Below are positions 12,049-24,863 of a stretch of DNA of 64,000 nt, piece by piece; position 1 is the first letter of the stretch, and every line of letters begins with the position of its first letter. The notes beneath the pieces were generated by a model. That model did not search any database. It was not told where the DNA came from and worked only from the letters and a program-made list of their open reading frames with translations. Location of the stretch: contig OZ116704.1 in the NCBI GenBank assembly GCA_964199315.1, forward strand, positions 29,326,001 to 29,390,000. The letters are read 5' to 3'. Both the position numbers and the translations under genes were made by a program. This DNA comes from Orbicella franksi. Its lineage: Eukaryota.

Positions 12049-12172
12049 TGACACACTACCGACACACTACCGACACGCTTCCGACACCGGCTACCGACAC
12101 ACCATACCGACACACTACCGACACACTACCGACACACTAACGACACACTACCGACACACTACCGACACACTA
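12049..12172. repeat. 11-bp tandem repeat (CCGACACACTA)n
   Basis: About 11 near-identical head-to-tail units with no spacers. Confidence 0.9.
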
Positions 12173-12284
12173 CTGAGCGCGGCGTAGGTTCGGTTATCGA
12201 TCGGAGGTACCATGAGCCCTTTCTTTGCTTTTTGCCGCAAAACTTTTATTGCAGAAGGCGAGAAGCCGTGTTAACCTAAGATTC

Positions 12285-12470
12285 ATCGGAACACCAAATT
12301 GGATGGCTTGTTCCTTTCCAAAATGTGTACGTGTAGTAAGATAGTTCCAGAACCAATCCACGCTGCTTCCTCTCTCTCCGGATTGTTCTAGCTTATGGAG
12401 TATACATTCGTGGTCGACTAAGTCAAAAGTTTTTTTCAAGACAATAAACACAGCGCCAGTAATCATTTGC
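12285..12470 (-). mobile_element. Degraded LINE reverse transcriptase core fragment (CR1/L2-like)
   Basis: GAVFIVLKKTFDLVDHECILHKL...WFWNYLTTRT...GVP matches the RT motifs FxDLxKAFDxVxH and GVPQG. Confidence 0.75.
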
Positions 12471-12700
12471 CTATGGATCCATGTGATCCAAAATGTTCTG
12501 CTGATGTCTTTCTCTCTTTTATTAAGATGCGGCCAGTCCATTTCTATTTCCTTCGTTTTGTCATTGCTGCTTCATCTTTTTGTCCTGTTTTTGCTCATAG
12601 TTCCATGCTCGTGATGACTTTCGGTTAAAGGATGCCAAGTATATCTGGCAGAGTCTTTTCATCAAAATTTTACGTCTGCTTTTTAGAGAGCTTTCAATTG
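12471..12700 (-). mobile_element. Degraded RTE-like LINE ORF2 C-terminal fragment
   Basis: ILGIL*PKVITSMEL*AKTGQK...KRRK*KWTGRIL, then frameshifted DISR, resembles the RTE-type ILGIxWPxxIxNxELW...RRKWxWIGHxLR. Confidence 0.6.
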
Positions 12701-13867
12701 ATTAATCGCCAAGTTTTTGACCCGTGTAGAAGTGCTGATTTGACATTTCAGTTGACCATCCTCAACTTCGTCGTGAGACTGAGAGAGCTCTTGCTTTCCA
12801 GACCGCTCTGATACATGTAAACGTTTGGCTCCTTCTTGGTACTCTTCCTAGTACTCAGTACTGCTGCAGGATTTGTCAAATCACATCCCGATCCCCTGAG
12901 TCCAGTGTTCCATTCCAATAACAATCTAAACTTATAACTACCGGCCCGAGAGAACAGGCTGTCATCGGTCTGAAAATAAGCTCAGAAGCCTGTGTAAACA
13001 ACATGGCAGAGAGTGTGACCTAACTTCGGAACACCGTCATCATCAAATTTTAATTTACCGAGTTTTTATGGCCAGATAAGGAGATGGGAACTCTTTTTCA
13101 AGGCAACGGAGGGGAGGACATTGTGATAAATTTGAGTTGCTGTTTTGTTTGTTTGTTTGTTTTTATTAGGAAAAAGTTAACGATAATCTCAAAGTATTTC
13201 GAAGTGACGGTTCCTCTATATCACTATGACGTTTGGGGTTCCGAGCCGTTTTCGCATACAAAACCGACTTTTGACTTGCTGAATACATTTGGTTGTCCTG
13301 CGTGAACTCATCCCAAAAGAAAATATGCGTTTAGAAGCCGTGTGATAGACCCTCAAGACGTCAAGCAGGTATTAAGCGGTCATCGGATCAGGATTTGAGA
13401 GATAAAAGTATACGGCAAAACTGAGAAATTAAATCTACTTGTGTACAGATGTTTTTCCTGGAATCGCTAAAATTAATTAATACAGTGGTCTGTTTTGACG
13501 TAGATATTTTGTAATTTTTATTTTGCTCACCACCAGTTCAGATAAGAACGCGAGGCGCCTCTCCCCCAGACTCAACCCTGCCGGATCGCTTCGCTTTTCG
13601 CCGCTCGCGCGTGTGACTCAAACAGGAGCCGGCTCGCAAGCAAAGCAAGAACGAGGACATCGAACAACGTAAATGACATACCAAATAAGAAAAAAAAAAA
13701 AAAAAATACCACAAATCTAATATTTTTCGTCTGTTTACTTTTACTTTTCCGCGCGTTACATCCTTGAATCACGCAATTTTTTGTTATTACCATAAACCTA
13801 TGACACCACTTTGTCTTTTTGCCGAAGAGGTAGCATTACAATGTAATTTATTTGGCTTAGTTTACAC

Positions 13868-14896
13868 TTAGCTTACACTAGCCGTGTTAAACGCGAGAAC
13901 AATCTGGCCCGGTGATTTGAGTCCTTTGAACACTGTTGAAATATGGATACATTTTGGTATATTACGTAATATTTCACATGACAAATGAGAGATCTCCGAC
14001 TGATCTTTAGACAGTGTGAAAGTCGAAAGATTGTGCAGTACTTGTAACCTGAGTGTCACACAACACTTCATTTGAACCACAATGGCGTTGAAGAAACTCA
14101 CCTCCCTTCTTATGGTTTTTGCCTGTCGTTTTATGCTGTTTTTAGTCATTTCACTTTTGTCCAGTATTCTTCAAGGAATACCAAACATCAACAGCTGTTT
14201 TCTAACGGTGAGTATTTTTAATTTAAGACGTTCAAGAATCGCTTTTCGATTTTTTGATGGGGATATATGAAACTCTCGTACGACGGTACGATTGCCAAAT
14301 CTTATTCGGCTATCAGCTGCAAAATCTTTTGGAACTGATCTTTCCAGCTCCATCTGAATGAACCCTGAACTGGCCGGAAGGGTTGAAGGGTTGTAGAAAT
14401 AGTGTAAGATGAATCGTTATTGTGTTACACTGCCGATCTTGAGAGTTTGTTTGGGAAAAAGTAATTTGAGTGCAGCTTTCAATTCATAGGACATGACAAT
14501 CGAAACCATTATAATGCTCCGCTCCAAGACTGTACCGGCCAGTATCTACTCGTTATAAGAATGTTATTTCGTCATTGACGCGAAGACGGTAGTGCTAGTC
14601 TGCTGTTCATAATCCAAGAAGACCGTTGCCCAAAGGTCGCGGTTTGAATGATGACAGAATCATTGGTACATGCCTCTCATGATGTCCGCCTGTTTCATGT
14701 TTGTCGCCTGTGGGGGGTTACAACTCGATGTTTTCGGATTTGCTCGCGGCGTAAAATGATATTCGTGTGGACTGAGTACGTGCTCGTGCGCTGTGCATGT
14801 GAATGCAGGCAGATTGCTATAATGTGATATCAGAATTGGTTTCCATTCATGTAGCTTCTGATCCCATACCAAGCCGTTAGTCTGTTCGTCACGCAA
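13868..14896 (-). pseudogene. Probable decayed coding region, family unrecognised
   Basis: Three track ORFs share one frame; 343 codons with only 5 internal stops and no frameshift. Confidence 0.4.
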
Positions 14897-14938
14897 GGTT
14901 TTAGGAGCGTTGCGTGACGAACCAGATCACTACGTATA

Positions 14939-16105
14939 GAGGGGGACATGGGGATTTGCGGTGTTGATGTTTTTTAATGCGGTGATGCGGTGAATAAAAT
15001 CTCAACTTGCGGTGTTGTGGTGATCTCAAACCCTACGGTGTGCGATGTTTGTGTTTTTCACTCTGCGGTGTTCGGTGAAATGAAATTGTTTGCGGTGTTG
15101 GGGTTTTTGATTTACCTTTCTCAACCTAAATTTGACCTAAATTTAGCATGTAAACTTCGTTAATTCATGCTAATTTATGACAAACACGTACCATTGAGGT
15201 TAATAATTTGTAACAAAACACAGACCATCACTGTCTAGTCAATCTTCAATATGCTTCGGCTGCCAATACGAAGCTGTTTTCATTTATGCGTAACTTGACG
15301 AGTAACTCGACCTCTGCCACCCGGAGCTCAGTGTTCGGTAGACACGTGGAGGAGCGAGGACAGAAACAATCCTGGAAATTCTGGAAACGCCGAGCCGAAA
15401 TGAAATGTATTATTAACTGCGCAGCTTTTTTCTACGAAAAAAGGAAAAGGTGGCGAAAACTACTGGCCACAAAGTATACTCAGATGTCGCGTCGGCAGGG
15501 AAGAAAGAAGGCTTTCTAAGCCAAGGAAACTTTGTATAAAATTACACATGTTTACTATTTTTTTCGTTTTGCCATTCGGCTTCGTCTAGAGGTCATTCTG
15601 ATACCGGTCTATTCCCGCTCCAAGATCCTGCAACTTTCTTGACCTTCTACTTCAGTTTTCAAACGATTATCGATATCGAACGCAAACTCAGCTGGCTCCG
15701 GAAAGCAATACTTTCAGTCAAGATAGGGCTTCGGTCGGTGGGTAAGTGAGAAAAGTAAAAGAAGAGAGGGATCTGAGGTAAAGGCCATCTCTCGAGGCTC
15801 CTCTCTTTTTTCTTCGTCAGCTTCCAAGCTTCGCGCAAGGTTTCTTCACAAGAGCAAGAAAACTGATTTACAGGTATCAGCAGTATCGACATATGCGCAA
15901 TGAAAAGCGTTGTGATGTGTTTATTTTGTGGAAAACTGTTGAGGTGTAAAAGCATTATTTTAAGTGTAGATGAACGAATCATGGCGCTAAAAATACGTGT
16001 TGCGGTGACGGTGTTTCGTTGACTTTTCTTGCGGTGATGCGGTGTTCGTTTTTTTTTTTGTTTTTTTGCGTTGTTGCGGTGTTCAGAACCCCCCATGTCC
16101 CCCTC
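14939..16105. mobile_element. Non-autonomous DNA transposon, 14-bp TIR and 6-bp TSD
   Basis: TIR GAGGGGGACATGGG / CCCATGTCCCCCTC; direct repeat CGTATA at 14933-14938 and 16106-16111; GCGGTG arrays near both ends. Confidence 0.8.
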
Positions 16106-16573
16106 CGTATACGCAGACGCATGTGTGATGGGCCCATAGAGTGTAGTCAGGGTATCGCCTTGGAAAAATGGTGTGAAAAGACTAGAACTCACGTCCGTAC
16201 ATAATAATCTGAGCCTATGGTGATTAAATTTAATAAAAGTTAAACAGGAAGAATGGACCGCGGGACAAAAACAGCTGTTTACTTTCCTATGCTTTTTTTC
16301 GCTTCAGGTGTTTTTGTCATGTATGATTCCTTTACCGCCAGCCTCGCTTTTACTACATCCATTCGACAAGTTCTTCTCCAAAGTGTTCCAGGTTGTGAGG
16401 TTAGTTTCCAATAACACAATAATCTGGACTTCCAGATTGTCACAGAACATTTGAAGTTAATGCTGTGTTTGGTCGTCACGTAACGTGTTTCGTGACTTCA
16501 CAGGAAAATCGCTGAGATAAAATCGAGACCTAAGCACGGTCATGTGCTTTAATTGAACAACGGGGTGTAAACT

Positions 16574-16797
16574 CCCGAGGGGGGGGGGGCTCATATGAAA
16601 AGAAAGGGGCGCTTGTCGTACCTTGTAGAGGTTAAAACGCCGTTCTGGTACCTAAAAAAGGCACACAGCAGGAACTTCTACGGTATTGAGCCAAAAAATA
16701 TGATAATGTGTTGTTTTGGAATTAGAGGTGAAAGAAATTTCGGACGAGCACCCCTCCCCTCCTCCCCCCTTCCCCCTCCCCCTCAGGATAAAACCTT
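16574..16797. mobile_element. CCCG-G-run-terminated MITE (degenerate)
   Basis: Begins CCCGAGGGGGG and ends in C-runs plus AGG, like the element at 54462; no TSD. Confidence 0.45.
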
Positions 16798-18803
16798 CCA
16801 ATTTTGCACTAGAGTGAGCTAGTTCAGGGTGAAGAAGCTTAACTTAGGAATGCAGAAGTTTTACTCGATTTTGAGCTTGACAATTTTCTTAATATTGTTT
16901 CTTGATGTGACAGAGCTTACACCACGCTTGTTACGAAAGCAGTCACCTTTCCTTATCATGTAGTAATGCACGTTGTTTTGTTTGGCTTGCTGGAAAATAT
17001 TCTACGCTACTTCATCAACCATGTAAGGTAAGATTCTTTACTTTGTTTGAGTAGTTCTTAGGCCGCATTTATTTTGCTGCGCCGCTCGATCCATCCTCCG
17101 TAAGGAAAAAAGATGGCGACTAGCATATTTACGCATAATTCTTAGCACGCCGTTTATATGAAATGGAAAACGTTATTAAGGTCCTCTGGTTGCAATCCCA
17201 CTTTAGAAGGAGAAAGAGTCAAGGCTTACGGTGCTATTTGTTTCTCCCTTTAGATTTACCATTCCCAAGATAACGACCACAGTAAAATCGAAGGTGTATG
17301 TTCAACTTTTACCCTGGATGAAAGCATTACAATACATAATTAGGATGAGCTACTTGACAACAAGGTTTGTATTTCACCGTTTACTTGAAAACTCCCGGAC
17401 TAGGACTTTAGAAAAACAACTTAGGGATTTTAGGGTGTTGACATTTATTTATAATGATTTCTTGCTAGGTTTGTTTCAAGGCTTACGTTGCGGCTTTGGA
17501 AGATTGCACTCACAGCGACTTTTGGTTTCTTTACCAAACTGATTCGCTTACCAATGTTCTTCTTTGTTAGGTAATTATTATATTTAATTAAATTCCGAAC
17601 CCAATTAATCTGCTTTTCTTTAAAACCTCTGTTTTCATTCGTTTTTGTTTTACACCTCTGTAGGGCTAAGGGCGTTGTCTGTGTCCTTTATCTATTCATT
17701 CCCGTGGCCGATTATAAATAACATTGAAAAATGGTTCAGGTCGCCCCTATTACCATGGATAATTCATTTCTAGCTTTCTGATTGGTTAACCGAATCTCGC
17801 ACAAAATGTCACAGTTGCTTACGTAATACACAGAGTCTGTTTGATGCGAAAGATTCAATTAAGGCTTGTAAAATGCACAACAAAAGCGACTGAACGAAGA
17901 AGAAAAGTGGAAAAGAAGCTCACAGTGAGATCCAAAAACCGACGCAATAGACATTTTCTTCTTTCATGGTTTTTGAGCCATCTAATTTGGGGGGCAAACA
18001 CGGCAATAATTACAGTAAATGTACGGGGAAAATGGAGAATCTAATGTATAACAACTCATGGAAAATTCGAGTTCTGAAGCATTTATGAATTAAACACTTA
18101 CGATACTGGGTAAAAGAATTAACTGATCTGGTTTGAGGGAAATAGCCTCTCTAGAAAAGCCACAATTAAGGTTTTCATTTTTCCATATACATTTACCTGT
18201 AAAACCGAGTCGCAATTCGCGGGAAAATTTAGAGACGTTTGAATGAAAAATTAAAATCTTCAAATTTGACCAAAAACGCATTCTACTGGGTATCTTTTCC
18301 TTGTAACTCATAACATACTCAGAAGGTCGATCACTCTCAACTTATTGGGCATCCGCGAACTTTTACCTTTTCCATGGATACATTTACTGCAATTTTTGCT
18401 GTGTTTGCCCCCCAAGCAAGATGGCGTCGCTCAAAAATGATATAAAATATGGCTTAGCAGTTCAGTAAGGTTTGTTTGTTTGTTTTCTTGTCCTTTACTT
18501 AATTCAACGAGCCTTGTCTCTGAGTTTGAGCTTGACAAATGGTCACACATGATGCGGCATCATGGCAGCCACGGAACCGTAACGAGAAAATTAAATCCTT
18601 GCTTTGTTTGACTTGCCAAAGGAGCATTTTAAAAATTTCCAGCAACGCATTATTTTCAGGTCTCCCCGTAAACATTTACCATTTTTGGTCGCAATTTTTC
18701 AGGTTATAGACGACTTCAGAAGAGATTGTACAAAGAATATCGCGGAAGAAAATTCTGTCTTGCTCGCTTTTCCTCGCATGTTTCATGTTTCATTCAACTC
18801 AAA

Positions 18804-19126
18804 ATGTTTCCCGCCTTTTCAGACGATCGTTTAGATCACACTGAAAAGTCCACATCATCAAGACGCGCCTCACCAGTTATGTATTGCCTCCTCGTATCCG
18901 ACAAGGGCGAATGGAATATAACAATGAAATTGTTAGGTAGTTTCTTGTTGTTGTTGGTTTCTTCAGCGAGTGCTCTCTTCACTCAAGTTTTGTTTATATT
19001 TTTCTTTCCTAGGAAAGTTCTTGTTCTGCAATTTGTTATTGGTGTAGCTCTTGTGTGTGCTCCTGGCTTGGAGCCACTCTTTAATCTACTGGCTACTGGA
19101 AGCTTGTACCCTGGATCTCTTATAAG
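18804..19126 (+). CDS. Uncharacterised multi-pass membrane protein, exon 1
   Basis: ATG at 18804, open frame with two hydrophobic segments, donor AG|GTGCGT in phase 2. Confidence 0.6.
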
Positions 19127-19321
19127 GTGCGTTTTAGGTCTAATGGCCCGCAAATATGGGTTATAAAGACACCCTCCTATTTGAACAAGAAAATGGGAGA
19201 TGGGGTCGAGGTTCGTTTTTCAGATGGGATTAAGCAATGAATTTTCACAAGGCCAGTGCACAAACACGATGCTATCAATTTGTTGTCCCCTCTAACGTCA
19301 CTTGTCTGTTTGCTCAGGGAC

Positions 19322-19484
19322 AATAGGCCATGTGCCTCTGTTTCAGAACGAGTCTTCGTACTAAACCTTTCATGTGAAATTTAGGTTGATTTACATGAAA
19401 ATGAACCTGTAGGCGGAAACATTTTCATATGAATGATTTCGCACGAAGACTCAGAGGCGCAAGGAAACTCGGAAATGGCCTATT
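19322..19484. mobile_element. Intronic MITE (AATAGGCCAT...ATGGCCTATT)
   Basis: 10-bp perfect terminal inverted repeats. Confidence 0.7.
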
Positions 19485-19635
19485 GCGTGACAAGCTTAAC
19501 AGGTAGTCAAGTCACGCAACGTCTTGGACAATCACCCAATGTTGTGACAGACAAAGATATGGGTGAATGATTACCTTTCGACAGACAACCGTCTGAAAAG
19601 TTTAATATCAAATGTCAACTGTTGTTTTTTTAAAG

Positions 19636-20206
19636 GTTTCAGCGTTGTGCAAAATATGATGACGGAACCGCCTGTCACGCAGTGTTCTTGGAGTTCTCAT
19701 ACAGTGTGTGGAATTTGACAAGAACGGGGATTTTCATCATGTTGTGCTGGACTGTTAACCGTCCATCGTGGAAACCCCCCAAGCAAGACTTCAGTATGAT
19801 CATGGAAAGATGTCTGGCACTTAACAAGAAAGCTTATTCACAGCTGTTGCTATGCGCAGCAGGGCTGCCACTCCTAATGAACGGTCACTGCTTGTCTCAA
19901 ACTGTTCACAACATAACGTGCACAGCAAACCTGCTGTTGTTTCTGGTCACGCTGAACGGCTACCATAGTCGTACAATTTTGATGTTGTATCACGCGTTAT
20001 GCACCATTACCATGAATGCTCAGAGCGTGCTGGTGGCAGTTTATAACATGTACAGGAACTTACAGACGGAGCGGAATGACTACGTAGCGACTCTTCTCTA
20101 CATCACAGAGCTTTATTTGATGCTTCTTGTGCTAGCAGACAGCAGCACTCGAGTGATAAACAAAGTTAAGAATCCAGAGCTGGATATCATGTCAAAAGAC
20201 AGATGA
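19636..20206 (+). CDS. Uncharacterised multi-pass membrane protein, exon 2
   Basis: Acceptor TTTTTTTAAAG|G, phase matches exon 1. The joined CDS is 894 nt (297 aa) with about 7 hydrophobic segments. Confidence 0.65.
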
Positions 20207-22339
20207 CCACACTGATTCCATTCTCTAGTTTATTTGCTGTTTCAGTTGTACAAACTTTCTACTGTAATTTGCCTTTCTATGGTCGTCACGCAACACCTAG
20301 TCACGCACTGTTAAGTCACTGATTGCCACTCAACTTTGTCACAAAGCAAGAGTTGCCTGACGACCCGAGAAACGAAGACGATGCCTGCCTTACATAATGG
20401 TCAATGCGATTTCAAGAAAAATAAATAAACTGTTTGATCGATCATTCTGTTTGTTCCTTAACGGATTTGCGCTCTATCAACACAAGACAATTTAAATTCA
20501 AAGTACCAGTGTTAAAGGCTAGTCACGAAATCTCTCCATGGTCACACAATCTTTCCATGGTCATGGACACACACTTTCAATTCCTACGTACACACGTTAA
20601 TAATCAAGAGAAACTACGTTACGTACTGGTCTATTTAAGAGGCTAAACAAGCGCGGAAGAACATCACAACGTAAAAATATCACTAACATTTGCCTACACC
20701 AGGAGCCCATCACTGTGAGCTCCTGCCCATACTGCAAGCAGTCCCTTTCATCCCTACAGCATCGTAGATAAATTACACAGCGGGCATGTCTTGCTTGACA
20801 ATCCCAGGGAAAGAATTTTATTTAATTCGACGTTGCGACGCAGGCTTACGGTTAAAGACTCATCATCTATTCAACATTTTTTTCATAAGTCTCCTCCCTT
20901 AGAACTGTAAATTAATTTAACCCTCCTCCCCCCCCCCCCCCTCCCAGCATAAATGGTATTGATTTACTTTTTAGTTACATCCTTTCAATGAAGATTGTTA
21001 ATGGCTCTTTTGTACTCTAAGTATACATTGATATTGGACTTTTTGTCCTATTGGAGTTGCGATTTTCGGCTACTTCGAGCAATAAATATGGGCGCAAAGA
21101 TGATAACTTAACAGCTTGTAATGACAGTAAACCCGAAACTCTAAGACATCCTCACCCCACCCACACAAAAAGACCTGAATGCAAAAGAAGCGAACCCTGA
21201 CGGCTTCAATACTTGGTTCTAAGTCCTGAACTCTCTTTCCCCATTCCAAGAAAAGCCCGATTATCAACCTACATGAAGAGTTATCGCTTTAGCACGAAAG
21301 CATATTTAGAGGTCAACTTAGTCAACTTAAGCATCTTTAGAGGTCACCTTTGGGTGATAAGATGCTTACGGTAACGTCCTCATTTTATCAAACACGCAAC
21401 TATGACACAACAACTTTCTAAGGTGCCTTTTCTAACCGGTTTCCAATGGTGTAACCCTAACAAAGCGAAACAACATAATTAAGAAAACGCCGAGAACGCG
21501 CGGGCGCTTGAAAGACCGTTTTTGGGTTTGAAGCTGGATGGTTTCTACATTTACGTTGTGGCCAAACGAGGAGAACTGGGGCGAGTCAAAAAGTTGGCCC
21601 AACTGGTGATTGCTAACACTAAGGGAAGGGACAGCGGGTCGAGTGACAATTACAGTTTTGTTTTTCAATTTTACTGTTTCTTTCATCATCCTCCCCTCCC
21701 CACTAAAACAAAACTAGCCCCATAATACTCGCACACGCGCACTCACTCTCGTCTCAGGCCCTCTATTTTTCTGTAATGAGCTCTTCTCCACTATTTGGTA
21801 CAACACTTTCAGTTCATAAAGTCAGTCATTAACAGCACAGAGCATCTACTCTTACCTTTGTTTACATATAGTTTCACTTTTAAGTTTAATTTGAAGGCAT
21901 TAATTTCTATCTACGAACGATATGAAAGAAGGAATTGAGTGGTTAGGTCGTTTCCGTGAGAGAATCTGTAACAAGTCGTTGTTCTTCTTTGTCAGACCTC
22001 GGTGTCTCCAACATATTCTCTGTTAAGATAAACATGTTTTTTTATAGGTAAATGTCTTATGTGCTAATGAAAAGCTAAGCTTTATCTCACGCATATCAAA
22101 TGATTAGTTTTAAAAGTCATATTTACAAAACAAAACAAAACAAAATTTCAAACTGCTTCGACATACTTATAGGCGCATGTGAACTGTGCCAGTGAAAAGG
22201 GATTGACGTATTTTTATTACCCCTGCAAAGTCCCTACTAAAACGACGCGTACGACTTGAAAAAAGGGATTTCCTCGTAAAAGAAATCTCGCAAATGAGGG
22301 AATCAAATTTGTTTTACAAATTAAGTTTCTTTCAACATT

Positions 22340-22490
22340 GATGATCCTAGCAGTACGCAGGATGGATGACCTAGCTCGACACTAGTCTCCCTGTAGCTCG
22401 CACGGGAAGTCATAGGTTCCACTTCCATCGGACTCTCTAACTTTTTCTTTGTCCCACGCTCGTAGCAAACGAGTTTACATCTTTCTCATC
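22340..22490 (+). mobile_element. Degraded tRNA-derived SINE-like fragment
   Basis: GTAGCTC...GGTTCCACTTCC resembles decayed A/B boxes, followed by a TTTTTCTTTGTCCCACGCTCGT body. Confidence 0.4.
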
Positions 22491-22824
22491 TAATTTCTTG
22501 TAAATAAAATGCTGGTAACATGTAAAACGAGTATCCTTTGGTGGCATCATGTAAAATGAAAAAGAGCCCGGCACAGCTGACAAGAGCCTACATGAATGTT
22601 TTTAAAGAGAATTTCGAATCTTATCTTAACTTAAGTTAGGTTAGAGTCGAGTTAATTTATCAGTTTTGTTTAAGTTTAATTTTATATCTTAATTTAGGCA
22701 ACTTGCATTTTTCAATAAAATACCATAGTTTACTTTTTAACAAAAAATCGTTGATTTATCTGACTATTGTGATAAAACACTTGGACATGAAACATGTGAT
22801 TATTTAAAATAATATACTGGTATA

Positions 22825-23162
22825 CAGTTGAACCCCGCGATAGCGAACTCAGGGAAACAACAAAAAAATACTTCGAGACAGCCGAGAATAAATGACTGAA
22901 AAAGCATATCCAAGGCTGGGGCGGAGACGGTATTTTCGAAAAGGGGGTTCGAGACACGGACCGCCAAAGCCGGTCCCCTGAGAGGGGGTCCAGCAGCATC
23001 ATACCACAGGAAATTTTTAAAATTGAGGTCCTTGGAAATGGGATTTCTGGCATTCTGAGGCCAAGTAAGCGTGTTATAATGTTAACCCCCCTACATCCAC
23101 CCCAGCAAGGGAAAATGATTTGGGTTCGAAATAGCGGGGAGTTCGAGATAGAGGTTCAACTA
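22825..23162. mobile_element. Tigger/pogo-like MITE
   Basis: TA|CAGTTGAACC ... GGTTCAACTA|TA. Confidence 0.7.
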
Positions 23163-23802
23163 TACATATAAATGTTATCTTTTTTTTTTTATTTAAACTC
23201 TAAGTTAAGTAATGTTAAAGGTGATCCCCTGGTTCAAAACTTTCTGCTTTCAATCATTTCATAATTTAAGTTACTTGACAGCAGGAAACGTTTGCCCTGT
23301 GAAGGGTTTCCTTAAAAATTCATTGAAGCATTGACTAGCCTCGTCCAGGCGTTCAGTTAGTTGCCCCAACTAACTAAACTCCTGGAAGAGGCTTGACGTA
23401 AAGCAGAAAATTTTGAGCAGGAAATAGGCGGGTTAATTCATTGTTAGCTATGCAAAAGCTTAGAAAAGTGTTAAAAGTTGTTAGTTTACAAGGATATTAA
23501 GGCAAGCCTACCTCTGTACCTTATACCTTCACCTCATTTATGGCCAACAAATTGCGGCATTTTTTGACTGGATTATGGAAGAGCAGAAAAAGACATTAGT
23601 TCTAAGTTCAAAGCGTTTAGATCAGTTCTAGGACGCGCAGCAGTGCAAGGAGCCTGGTAATCAGTCAGTCCTATCACGTGATACCTTTGTCGTATGTCAC
23701 CAGTTAGTCATGTGCTGGTCATGTGCTCACTGCGGACTCTGGAACTGAGTGGTATTGGTTTAGTATCGCTTTGAAGTTTTTACAACTTAGTTTACGTTTA
23801 GG

Positions 23803-23908
23803 TAGCCTGCAGAACAGGCGGATTAGCGGGGAAGAGAGCGAAACGCGATACACGAGCGTGTATCACGTTTAGCTCTCTGCTCCGCTAATCCGCCTGTTCT
23901 GCAGGCTA
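23803..23908. repeat. Short hairpin element (TAGCCTG...CAGGCTA)
   Basis: Perfect 27-bp inverted arms TAGCCTGCAGAACAGGCGGATTAGCGG. Confidence 0.85.
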
Positions 23909-24781
23909 ACTTTTAGGTCATAAACAGTCTTTCGATTCATAAACTCTTAAGGACAAAGTGACGGGGGAGGGGAGGGGAGAGGGGAGGACAAGAGACGAAA
24001 ATGTAGAGGTGGTGAGAAGGAAGGGGAGGAGAGGGTAGAGGAGAACAAGGGATGGGAGAGAAAGGACGACATGGACGGCTGGATAAACGATCAAAAGACT
24101 GTTTTCAAGTTGCATGCTTTACTTAGAGCTGCATTTAGATATTTAACCTAGACGTCAACCGTTCAATTCAGTCATGGTAAAACTAAACTCACGTAAATTC
24201 AACTACTCAAAATAATTATTGGGACTTTTTGATAAATTTAAAAATGTTTAGGAGAGGATAGCTACATAAAGCTTCCGTTAAATTATCCATTCATTTAATT
24301 GTTTATACACCTAACAAATTCGAAAGAAAATTTAGTGAAAGTTCTTGTTAGTGTCACTTTTCAACTTCCAAAAAGCCCTGGATATTAAGCAGGAATGTTT
24401 TTTTTTGTTTACAAAATAACACACAATAAATCAAATTCTGGGAAGTACTGTTTGCCACAGGAAGTATGAAAAGCATGTCTGGAATTTGGGGCATTAAGTA
24501 CAATCAGTGTGATATTTAATGACCAATTTAACACAATTATATGACACTAGCTCAAGTTTACTCCTCGATACACTTAAATGTGACAAACTCGTAGTGAGAA
24601 AAAAACAAGCAAAAAGCAATACTGATGCTTAGTGCAATAAAATAGACTTAACTCAGCCGTGACACAGTTCATTCAAGTATGGGGAAGATAAACTCGAATT
24701 AAGAAGACGTCCTCGCAAAAAAAAATTGGCTTAATTTTCAAACTGCGTCATGTGACCTAGTAGCTTATACAATGTACTTAC

Positions 24782-24863
24782 ATGTCAAGGTGTTTAACTG
24801 CATCACTTGTGCACATGGCTGTGGTCTCGTAATGGCAATTCCTGTGTGTCACCAATTTACATT
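24782..24863 (-). CDS. C2CD2L-like exon 17 (C1 end)
   Basis: TTTCAG|CKLVTHRNCHYETTAMCTSDAVKHLD|GTAAGT, phase 1-2. Confidence 0.85.

Noticed and set aside
12049-12172. CRISPR-like array
   Set aside because: 11-bp head-to-tail units without unique spacers, in a eukaryotic context.
3660-16105. The two unrelated TIR elements are both exactly 1167 bp
   Set aside because: Different TIRs, TSDs and interiors; treated as coincidence.
23900-24700. Terminal exon candidates for the C2CD2L-like gene (near 24575, 24700 and 24155)
   Set aside because: Weak acceptors or wrong phase; none could be chosen.
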